From the NCBI GenBank assembly GCA_026026165.1, contig JAPEUD010000028.1, positions 234,081 to 254,080 on the forward strand: 20,000 nucleotides of DNA, given 5' to 3'. Both the position numbers and the translations under genes were made by a program. Shown here in pieces: positions 10,491 through 20,000 of the stretch; positions within the stretch are counted from its first letter, which is position 1; the number at the start of each line of letters is the position of its first letter. The notes under the pieces were generated by a model. That model had not been told where the DNA came from. It did not search any database and saw nothing but the letters and a program-made list of their open reading frames with translations. Origin of the DNA: Sarea resinae. Its lineage: Eukaryota.

Positions 10491-11096
10491 CCTATCTGCA
10501 TTGCAGCTACTAATCCTACTAGGATTAAAGAGATGTACTAGGTATATACCTCTACTACCTAGCCTTTAATTAGCCTACCTTGCTAGTAGAAAGTAGGATT
10601 AAGCAGAGTAAGATTAAGCAATTGCTAGCGCGTCGAAATCGCCCTCTAACGCTGCTAGCTGTATCTCTAACCCTTAAGCAGCTGCCTTTCTATAGCACTT
10701 AATTAATTATCTCCTCTTATTAATACTGTTTAGGCCTGCGCAACTCTCTAGGGTTATACTTAACCTTAGTTAGGGCTACCTTCTACTTGTACCCCTAACT
10801 GTATCGCTACTAAGCGACTAAGCGAGTAAGCAAGCAGGCGTGCCCTAGGTAACCCCTAGTAGTAGCCCTAGGTAACTCTCTTAGTAGCTATAGCTACTTT
10901 TTTTAAAATAGCAACTAAGCAACTAACTAACTAGTTAAGCGCGCCCTAGGTAACCTCTTATAGCACCTTAAGAGAAGCAAGCCTTAGTAGTATCCTAATT
11001 GTATAGCTAGTCGCTATCCTATCTAATGCAGCTGTTTAACAATTAAACTTCTAGATAGTCTAGCAGAAAAACTTCTCTCTAGGCTGCAAGTGCTTT
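10491..11096 (+). repeat. ~600-bp direct repeat, copy 2
   Basis: Aligns with 8242-8840, is slightly less mutated, and begins exactly at the TLH truncation point. Confidence 0.9.
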
Positions 11097-11154
11097 CTAA
11101 GTATAGCCCTGCTGCTAAATCGCAACTGACTAACTAACTAACTAATTAAGCGCG

Positions 11155-11235
11155 CCCTAGGTAACCCCTTATAGCATCCCTAGGTAACCCCTTATATTAT
11201 CTCTAGGTAACTCTTTGTAGCATCCTTAGGTAACT
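11155..11235 (+). repeat. 23-bp tandem repeat CCCTAGGTAACCCCTTATAGCAT x3.5
   Basis: Units at 11155, 11178, 11201 and 11224 (partial). Dispersed copies of the same CCCTAGGTAACC core occur at ~10843, 10866, 10944 and in 8589-8700. Confidence 0.85.
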
Positions 11236-11489
11236 ACAACTATATGTTTAAGGTTAGACGTTTTTTTCAGGTTAGACAACTACACCTATATCTTAAGATA
11301 TTAAGCGATAATATACTAAATTAAGATCTTCCTAATCTTTCTATCTAATTAGAATTCTAAAATTCTTTCTAGATAGTTGTATATAGAGGATTAAAAACAA
11401 GAGGTTTTATAGATTCTAACGTTTTGTTAGGGTAACTAGGATTATTAAGCGAATTTAAGCGAATCTTAGGTACTTTGTACCTAGGAGAT

Positions 11490-12062
11490 ATCCTTAAACA
11501 TTTTTTTAGGATACGCCTAGATCTTTAAACATTCTTTTAAGATACGCCTAGATCTTTAAACATTCTTTTAAGATACACCTAGATCCTTAAACATTCTTTC
11601 TAGATACGCCTAGATCCTTAAAGATTCTTTTAGGATACGCTAGATCCTTAAAGATTTTTTCGCGATCTTTTACACTTGCAAAATATCCTTAAACATTCTT
11701 TTAAGATACACCTAGATCTTTAAACATTCTTTCTAGATACGCTAGATCCTTAAAGATTTTTTCGCGATCTTTTACGCTTGCAAAATATCCTTAAACATTC
11801 TTTAAGGATACACTTAGATCCTTAAACATTCTTTTAGGATACGCCTAGATCCTTAAAGATTTTTTCGCAATCTTTTACGCTTGCAAAATATCCTTAAACA
11901 TTCTTTTAAGATACACCTAGATCCTTAAACATTCTTTCTAGATACACTAGATCCTTAAACATTCTTTTAAGATACTCTAGATCCTTAAACATTCTTTTAG
12001 GATACGCTAGATCCTTAAAGATTCTTTTAAGATATTCTATATCCTAAAACGTTCTTTAAGAA
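11490..12062. repeat. Minisatellite array of 30/31-bp palindromic units with interspersed 41-bp variants (A5-B-A2-B-A2-B-A5+partial)
   Basis: A = ATCCTTAAACATTCTTTTA(A/G)GATAC(G/A)CCTAG. B = ATCCTTAAAGATTTTTTCGCGATCTTTTACGCTTGCAAAAT at 11644, 11746 and 11849. There are 17 full units plus a partial one. Confidence 0.93.
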
Positions 12063-12254
12063 TATTTTGTCTGTACTATTTTACTTAGGGAAATATTTGT
12101 TTGCGCTGTTTAACAATGTCTTAGTCTATTTGTCTTAGACTAGTTATCTAGCTTTAATGTACTAGAACACACATCACTAAACACAAAGCATTCTAGTGCA
12201 GTTATATATCTTACTCTAGAGATTATAACAGCTGTGCTTGCACTATATCTAAGA

Positions 12255-13085
12255 CGTCTTAAACTTAACAGTAGCATTCTCTCTCTTCTAGCGCAGGTCG
12301 CTAATCTTTTCTCTAAGTTTTGCCTACTTCTATAAGCCTAGGATTATCTAGAACCTAGCATAGAGAATAAGACTTTTTAGGTCCTCTAAAGCATCCTCCT
12401 ATAATTAGCTCCTCTTTATTAGTCGCATAACACATTGCTTCTTCTTAGGACTTATAAAATAGCGTTTGTAATGCATAATAATTGTTGCAGGCTATGACAT
12501 GCTAATATGTTTAAATAGTTAGGTAGAGAGAAAGCGCAGGCTAATGTTCTTAGAGTAGAGGTGATATTCCTAGTTTTGTTAAACTAGCCTTTTACTAAAG
12601 ATCTATTAGAGCTTTTTATTTGTCTTAAGAAAGGCAAACATGTCTGCGTTCTTAGGCGCGAGTTTAACTTTAGTAGGTATGTCCTTAAGGTATTAGTTAC
12701 AGATGTTTGCAATAATATAGTTTAGCAACTATACTAGAGTGATGCTATTTAATAATAAGTAAAAATAAGGAAGACAATTATATCTGTAAGATCTTACTGC
12801 TTGCTTAGGACTTGCTCTACTATATAACTAGTTTTACTAGTATAAGGCCTGAGTTTAGTACTTGTCTTGTTATAGATCACGTTAGAATGCTGCTTAATAG
12901 ATAAAGAATTAGAAACATTGCTTACTTATCCTATATAACCCTAAAAGACATAAGCTTTAGCTTAATAATAACCTGCTTCTATTGCTAAACATTAGAATTA
13001 CTATACTAATATTAGGATTACTATCTTAGAGAGGATACTGTATAGATATATATCTTGCTAAGAACTTTTCTAAAAGACATACTGT
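12255..13085 (-). pseudogene. RIP-destroyed coding relic, product unidentified
   Basis: A minus-strand frame reads protein-like apart from TAA/TAG: LLNYIIANICN*YLKDIPTKVKLAPKNADMFAFLKTNKKL**IFSKRLV*...EDALEDLKSLILYARF*IILGL*K*AKLREKISDLR*KRENATVKFKTS*. A candidate ATG lies near 13080 and TATAAAAG near 13220. Boundaries approximate. Confidence 0.4.
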
Positions 13086-13559
13086 CTTAGTAAAGGTGAT
13101 AGATAAGGTAGATAAGGTAGATAAGAATTTTTAATAGTGTTTGTTAGTTAATAGGTAGTAGCGCAGCAATATATGTTTATATTCTTAGTTTGTCTAGAAC
13201 GCGTCTAGCTTGCTGTCCTTTTATATGTGTAGGTCGCACCTTAGTAAGAAGTGTGATCTTACACGCGCTTGCATTTACCTTAGTCACTAAGTCTATATAC
13301 TAGAATATCTCTTACATGAAATCTAAGCGACTAGGTCGCTAAGTTTATATACAGAGTAGTCTCTTAAGCGAATTCTAAGCGAAAGAACGTTGATTCACCT
13401 ATACTACTAGATTTTAAGATACTAGGAATCTAGAAACCTTTTGCTTTTAATTAAACGCACTAGGTTGCCTTATAAGCACTTACTTCTATCTATTACACTT
13501 ATAAGTAAGTAGAATATAACTGCACTTTTACTAGTTGTTATTGCATTACTTCTTATACT

Positions 13560-15600
13560 AGAGTCTATTCTAAAACAATTGCTATAGATCTTACACTAGC
13601 CTTTGTTAACTTATTAACTATTTCTTATTAGCCCTCTTTTCTTACCTACTATAACAGAGTCTAACCTCTACTATCCTTATAGTCTAAGTCTCTACCTTTT
13701 GCTAACTAGATATCTATAATAAATTGCAATCCTTTACACACTGCTAGGTGTAGTAGGGTTAGTCTAAACCTATTAGCTTGCCTCTAGTTTGCACCTCTAT
13801 CTAACAACTTCTTAACAGACTCTTAATCGCCTGCAAGTGCTATGTATATTAGAGGCGTCCTCCTTATACTATCCTCTTTTCCTACATTGCTATACTCCTC
13901 TTGCTATAAGATTAGGTGTATAGTTAACACATACCCTTATCTAGCTGCTAGTAGAACAGAGAAAGCCTCTCTTAGGTCTTTCTTATCTACTTAAAGTGTA
14001 TGCTGACTAGGTAATAGCTATTGTTTCTCACGCTGTCGCGCTTTTCTATTAGCGTCTATTAATTGCTAAACAATATCTAGATAGCCTTGCTTAGCTGTAT
14101 AGAAAAGCAGTGGCTATAGTCTCCTAACTCTAATTAGAGCTATATTAATGTCTTAATATCCTAGGAGCTGCGCTACTATATAAACATAACCTTTCTTAGC
14201 TGTATATAATAGAGCAGTTTAGTTCTAGTAGCCTGCTATTATATTAATCTTAATACCCTGTGTCTTTCTTTCTAATAGCTATTTCACTACCTCCTTATAA
14301 CTGTTTAGTGCGGCATGCATTAGGGGAGTAATTCTATCCTTATTAGCTTAATTTATATCTCTTTCTACTTGCGCTAACAGAACTACTATATCCTAGTGAC
14401 TGTTTTCCGCCGCTTAGGTAAGAGAGGTGTTGCTATAAAGATCTACTATATCTAGAACACTATTATCCTACTACAACATATAACTAATAATATCTCTATG
14501 CCCTTTTCGCGCTACTAGAGAAAGTAGGACCTCTTATAAGAATCTGTAACGTTCCTTAAGAATTAATACTCGATGTCTATTAATTAGAAGGTCTAGTATT
14601 ATAATATAGCCTTCCTATACTGCCTAATAAACTAGTGTCTAGCCTTAGACGTTAATAGAGTCAAGCTTAACTATGTCCTAACTAAGGATTTCCTCTACTA
14701 CATGTCTTAGGCCTTGCTTTACTACCTATAATAAGACTTGCATCCTATTCCTAGCTTGTACTCTAAGGTCTAGATGCAGCTGTAGATGTAAGAGTAGTAT
14801 TGCAATCTCCTTATTCCTTTAAGCAGCGGCTGTGTTTAGAGCGCTGCTAAAATATCCGCCTAGTGTCACTAGATTAGCTTGAAATTATAGGAGAGTGTAG
14901 ACTATCGCCTTTGATCCTCGCGCAGCCGCGGCCTAAAGGGCAGATCTATAGAATCTGCACTAGATATTAGTGTCTGCTCCTTTCTCTAGCAGCATTCAAA
15001 CCTTAGCGTCTTTATTCTCTACTGCATATATATAGAGAGAGGTGCTAAAACACATGTTAATAGTATTAATCTCTTTATGCTAGAGGTAGTTGTTTGTAAG
15101 GCCTCTTACATATGTAAGAGAGCTAAGTCGCTAGTACAGCGTATAATCCTAAACCTAACTGTCTAGCAGTCTAAGGATCTCCTCCTGCTGTAGAAAGCTA
15201 AGAGCTAGTGTGTATACTAATATCACTACTTTGCTCTTGTCTTTACTAACTGCTTCCTAATATCCTCTTCTTATAGCAAGCATCCTCTAGATCCTCTAGA
15301 CTAGTTTGTGTATTATTAGCCCTAAGCTGCTTGTTTAAGCATTAGTCGCTAGAATCTAATCTGCAACAAAATGTTGAATTGCCTTATTAGATATTGTCTT
15401 AACAACTAATGCAAAAGAAACAAAGAGCTCTGCCTTTTAAGCTACACACAGCTTTAAAACCTAATAGAACTGCTCTAACACTAACTTTAAGTCAAGCACC
15501 TCCTTTAGATTAGCCACGTTCTACTTGTAGAGAATTAATAACTAAAGGATCTATTGTAGCAATTCGACTAGAAACAAATTAAGACTTATTATGCTATTTA
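13560..15600 (-). pseudogene. RIP-destroyed ankyrin-repeat protein gene (~14 repeats in ~13590-15050); N-terminal part probably extends towards ~16700
   Basis: Minus-strand translation: MLLEKGADTNI*CRFYRSAL*AAAARGSKAIVYTLL, GGYFSSALNTAAA*RNKEIAILLL, NTSLT*AAENSH*DIVVLL, ITPLMHAALNSYKEVVK*LL, TALLYTAKKGYVYIVAQLL, RTPLIYIALAGD*ESVKKLLDRGAN, LTLLHLAVCKG. The stops are TAG/TAA/TGA consistent with C>T/G>A changes. Confidence 0.85.
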
Positions 15601-17600
15601 GAAAGGGTTCTTAACGCAGAACTTAGAGAGCGAATCTTGCTTAGAAAAGCAGAGAGTGAGCTGCCTGTTAGGTATGTATATAGGATAAAATTTATAATAC
15701 TAAAGACTAATCTTTGATTCTATTGTGTACTTAGTTAGTATCTTAGAAAGCAGGGTTTTCTAAACAAAAGACACTTAGAGCAGAGCCTTATAACTATAAG
15801 ATATATACTTGCTTAGTATATAGATACTGTCTATTAATTAAGCAGATGTAAAACAATTATATAATAACCTGTTTCTAGAGAATAAGAATCCTAAAACATC
15901 CTTAACTAGCAGATAAGAAGCATAATCTGTTGCCTTAATCTATATTAAGTCTCTCTTTCTAGTGCTTTCCTTTGCCCTTCTCTTATACTATAGCCTTGCA
16001 CTAGTTTTATTAGGTCTTTCGCTGTTATTAATATACCTAGCTAGAATTAGCATTAGCAAAGATAGATTGCACACCTACAACTAAATAACTAACCTTTATA
16101 ATCTTCTTATCTTTTACCTTCTATAGTATAGCAATATCCTTAGCATATCTGTCTTCCTTTTAGATTAGATTAAGAGTGACTGCTTGTTCCTTATTATAGA
16201 GTTCTACATTGTGAGTTATAGTTATAAACTTGTATAGCAATTAAGACTATACCTTACTCTCTTAACTTAGTCTCTTTAACAAACTTGTTTGTAATCTCCT
16301 CTTAGCGTCTAGCTCTTCTTTGTTAGTTTGTAGTTACTAGAGTATTCTATTAGAAGTAGTTGTAACAAGCATTTTTAATAGTACTACTAACATCCTAGGC
16401 TCTTAGGAGTCTTTAAAGAGAGTTAACACTCTTTAGCTTCTTGCTTCTCTCTTAGGTAGAGACTTTATTAATTATCCTATAGATGTAGATCACAGCCTTA
16501 GGCTTATAGCAATATATCTGTAGGAATTCTATTATCGCCTAGGGACGTTCACTAAGTAAGAGTGATATTTCTTAACGCTTTTACTTAATATACCTTTTGT
16601 AGAGCTTAATCCTTATAGCTATCTGCTATGTTTTAAGGAAGTCGTGTAGTACAGTTGTTAGCAAGTTAAAGGTTGTTAATAGTGAGATAAATCAAGTGAC
16701 TAGCAACTACAGCTAGTTGTTATCTAGAGGAATAAGACGCGTTAAGCAAAGATAGACTAGTCTTAGTAACTAGTTGATCTGTACTTAATTGCTAGTACTA
16801 AGCTATAAGCTGTCTAGAGTGAAATAATCTTTCTAGATTTAGAATATCTACAAACCCTGCCTATAATAAACTCGCCTAATAAGAAGAATAAGCTACCCCT
16901 CTTATAGCACCTTCTATCGCTCTCTCTTTCTCTCTCTCTCTTACTCTTTGCATTAAACATTAGAGGTATAGGTGCTAATAATAAGCTTATATAATAGCAA
17001 TACTTTTTCTCTCTCTTATATACCTTATGTCTGTTGTCTAAGAGATCTAATCAGTTAATTGTGTCTGTTATCTTATTGTCTTTAACCTCTTTAACCTCTG
17101 TAAGTACATTTGTGCTCTAAGGATTCACTAATCCTAACAGCGTTGTTTCCTACTAAGTGTCTTATTACTTCTACAGCTGCTTCCTAGTAGCAGTATAGTG
17201 TACCTCCTCTATCTAATACTCTAACTCTAGTTTAGCAGTATCACTATTTGTAAGTATACTCTTAAGGTAAGTGTTAATCTGTTTATAGACTTAGTAAAGT
17301 TCTAGCATCTGTTTAATAATATCCTTTGATATCTATTGCAAGACACAATCTAGTATGCTTTGTAGACTATTGCTACTGCAGTTAGTATTAGATCTCTTTA
17401 TTCTAGGTAGCTGATTTTGTGAGTGGCTAGGCTGACTCAGTTTGTGCATGCAAAGGATGTGCGCAAGGTTTGTACAAATCTACGAACTCACAAATAGAGT
17501 ACGAACAATGATTTGTGATAGGATAGCATTGGCAACTACTCTGCTAGCTACTCTATAGGGATAGGACACATATAGTGCTCTAAAGGCCGAACAGCCAGAC

Positions 17601-17720
17601 AAAAGGGGGCTGTTTGTGCCGAACTCCTAAATAGTCGAACGAAAGAGGGCTGTTTGTGCCGAACTCCTAAATAGTCGAACGAAAGAGGGCTGTTCGTGCC
17701 GAACTCCTAAACCGACGAAC
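17601..17720 (+). repeat. 3 x 40-bp tandem repeat
   Basis: (G/A)AAAG(A/G)GGGCTGTT(T/C)GTGCCGAACTCCTAAATAGTCGAAC at 17601, 17641 and 17681 (third unit diverges at its 3' end). CGAAC/GTTCG motifs continue into the flanks. Confidence 0.92.
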
Positions 17721-17920
17721 CTCTGAGGTTCGTGGGCCCGAACGCTGCTTAGTATGCTTGGCAGAGAGTTGCCTACTTCCTAACAGATTTCCTTACATGT
17801 GTAAAGACTATTTGTGTAAGAGTAGGGCTAGGACGCTAGGCCTAAAATGCTCCTCTAGATCTGCAAAACCTTTCCTAATCTAGGCACTATTCTTTAGGCA
17901 GTTTATGCATTTCACCTAAG

Positions 17921-18445
17921 CCTAACCGCATTGCACTAGCTGAAGACACTGTCTTCTCGCCGATTTTCGCCGATCTTCGCCTCTTTAAGGCATCGAACTG
18001 AGCCTAAGCGAGAATAAGCGAGAATCGACAGTGTTTTCTCGACGGTGTTTTCGCGCCTGTCGAAAAACGCCCTCTGCCTACTGACCTGACCACCTTGATA
18101 GCTGCCTCAATCCTTGCCCGCGCGCCTGCCCTTTGTTCGTTTGATCGCCAGCCTGCTAGCGTCGATTTCCCACCCTTAGGGTTGCCTTGTCCCTTAGGGT
18201 TACTTAGGGTTCGAGGTATTAAGAGGTGATTGCAGCTAGCCAAGGCAGACCAACAGCGCACTTCGCCTCTAGCGCCTGCGCAGCGCTTAAAGGAAAGGAG
18301 AAGGCTTGCTTGCGTCTGATCTACTAGCCGCCGTTTAAAGATTTTAAAAAACTTCTAGACAGTCTAGAAGAAAAAGCTCTCTCTATATATATACACTGCG
18401 CCTGCCTAGCCTGCTAGCTATTTAGCCAGCCTAGCTAGCGAAATC
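17921..18445 (+). repeat. TLH upstream region, lightly mutated copy (homologous to 7991-8244 and 8776-8885) with CTTAGGGTT motifs
   Basis: Two blocks of homology to the left-hand copy. TTAGGG occurs at 18176, 18194 and 18204 (and 18469). Confidence 0.8.
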
Positions 18446-18516
18446 CACTAGGAGAGTTTAAGCGTCACTTAGGGTTAAAGAAGGAGGGTCGAGAGGTTAT
18501 TACAGTGAGCCAAGGC

Positions 18517-20000
18517 ATGCTAACTACGCACTTCGCCTGCAGCGGCGCCGCCGCCGCCCTTGATAACTAGCAGCAGCAGCTGCAGCAGGCGGCGCAAGAA
18601 CAAGAGCAACAAGAGCAGCAAGAGAAGCAAGAGGAGCAAGAGGAGCAGCAAGAGAGATTAGGATCAAGATTAAGATCAGGATCGCGATCGTTATTATTCC
18701 ACTATAAGCCAAACTATCAGGTCCTAATCTGCTGTCAATATAGCTACGCCCTTCGAAATATAGACCGCTACTTAAAGGACAGTCATGCAATGCTAGCTAA
18801 GGAGCGACGTCTGCTTAGAGCGCAGTATTAAGGCTGCAGCCTACTTGATCCGCATGCTGTGCCTTTGCCACCGCTGAATTGCCCTGCATTTCCCGCTCTA
18901 GGGGCACCCACTGACAGCTTTACCTGTTGAGACTGTAGTTTTAGCACAGCAAATCGCCAGATCATGCAGAAGCATAGCAATAAGCAGCACGCCTAGTCTG
19001 CCAATCGAGAGGAGGAAGAAGAAGAGGACTTGCCGAATTAGCAGCTAGTTCTAGTGCAGACCTTCTTTACTAGCAGGCTGCAGCGATATTTTCTGGTGCG
19101 GCTGGCAGAAAAGGAGCACGTAGAGAGGAGCTACAATAATAATCGGCTAGGCGAAGCAGCCTCTAACGACCTAGCTAGTTAGATCTAGCGCGAGTTCGAT
19201 GCTTAGCAGGCTGCGCACAAGCAGAGTCAGGCCTTAACTAAGAGCGAGGTGCAGAAGACTGATCGCACTAGCTAGTTCAGTCGCACTAGCTGGCTGGCCC
19301 ACCTGCGCTGCCAGAATATAGCTCACCTTCTCTACGCTAGCGAGCTCTCTAACCAGCGACTTAGGCGGCTGCGGCGGCAGCGGCAGCAGCAGGATTTAGA
19401 CCAGATCCTTAGCCAGGCCGCCAAGGTCACCTGACTGATAATCGAGCGCTGCGTGGCTAGGCTAGCTACCTTACCGCTCGAGCTCTGCCGCTGGCTGCGC
19501 AGCAAGAAGCGCACTAAGGTGCACCTAAAGCCATTAGGTCAGCTGCAGACCGCGGAGGCTCAGGTGCGCTATGCTAACTATTAGGCGCGTCTAATCTGCT
19601 ATTGCCTGCGCGTCTTCGCCTACCGCACCTTCGCCGCCCACGCACCTGACGCGCGGCTGAAGGATGCCAACGAATTGCTGCATCTGACCGCGGAGCAGAA
19701 CAAGCGCTTGCAGGCTATCTAGGAGTCGCTCGAGCTTGATAGCGACGAGGCCCTGCAGGTCGACCAAGTGCTAGCCTTCTTGCAGGCGCTTATCTTTGAC
19801 CCACTACTAGTAGACCCCTTTGACAGCGCGCTAGTCTACTTCCTCGCTGTGCTTAGCATCGACCCCCTTACTGAGCGGCTGCACACAGCGACAAGCTACT
19901 CCTACTAGCTGGCCAGGGTGGTCTACTGCATGCAGGTGATTAGGGTCGAGGTGCTGCTGCTAGCGGCCGCGCAGGAGCGGCAGGGCCAGGCTGAGCAGAA
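18517..20000 (+). pseudogene. Telomere-linked RecQ-type helicase (TLH) family gene, N-terminal DUF3505 and following region; RIP-inactivated; runs off the window
   Basis: One frame from ATG 18517 to the window end without frameshift. After a poly-Q/E tract it reads LFHYKPNYQVLICCQYSYALRNIDRYLKDSH...FTC*DCSFST...MQKHSNKQHA*...N*QLVLVQTFFTSRLQRYFLV (DUF3505 pattern), then KTDRTS*FSRTSWLAHL, ELCRWLRS, RYANY*ARLICYCLRV and DPFDSALVYFLAVLSIDPLTERLHTATSYSY*LARVVYC, motifs I recognise from fungal TLH proteins. Several stops fall at expected Trp/Gln positions. The helicase core is not in the window. Confidence 0.85.

Larger units (their letters stand above)
7138..17400. repeat. AT-rich, heavily RIP-mutated repeat block
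   Basis: No ORF of 60 aa or more starts in this ~10 kb. There is a strong excess of TA, CTAG and TTAA with near absence of CCA/TGG/TCG. Paired repeat copies differ by transitions, and relic reading frames remain largely free of frameshifts but full of TAA/TAG. Confidence 0.93.

Noticed and set aside
8242..11096. LTR retrotransposon bounded by 600-bp LTRs
   Set aside because: No TG...CA ends, PBS/PPT or gag/pol relic seen, and the interior is a TLH fragment.
11490..12062. CRISPR array (palindromic ~30-bp repeats)
   Set aside because: Units are contiguous with no unique spacers, the 41-bp variants are near-identical to one another, there are no cas genes, and the context is eukaryotic.
15050..17400. 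NACHT/NB-ARC domain upstream of the ankyrins
   Set aside because: No Walker A (GxxGxGKS/T) or Walker B relic was readable in manual translation, so it is not called an NLR.
11236..17920. TIR transposon or Starship bounding the cargo segment
   Set aside because: No convincing terminal inverted repeats or target duplication found by eye, and no DUF3435 captain in the window.
18004..19514. Minus-strand ORFs 18004-18261, 18524-18790 and 19332-19514
   Set aside because: They are shadows of the plus-strand TLH pseudogene, its low-complexity tract and its upstream repeat.

Overview
Eukaryotic DNA from a filamentous ascomycete, judged from short GT-AG introns with CTRAY branch sites and a strong repeat-induced point mutation (RIP) signature. 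It has two compartments. (1) About 1-7100 is GC-balanced and holds a degenerate gene remnant interrupted by a 339-bp hAT-like MITE, an intact intronless DUF1989 (urea-carboxylase-associated / carboxyguanidine deiminase-like) gene on the minus strand, and a multi-intron minus-strand gene or pseudogene of unknown function. (2) About 7138-20000 is an AT-rich RIP-mutated repeat block. It contains two co-oriented copies of a telomere-linked-helicase (TLH, DUF3505 N-terminus) gene with shared upstream modules: a heavily mutated truncated copy at ~9259-10490 and a lightly mutated copy at 18517->20000. Between them lie a palindromic 30/31/41-bp higher-order tandem array, a RIP-destroyed unknown gene, a RIP-destroyed gene with ~14 ankyrin repeats and a 40-bp tandem array. 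The layout suggests a subtelomere-like or large mobile TLH-led repeat unit with cargo. All protein identifications come from manual translation and motif recognition, not database searches.
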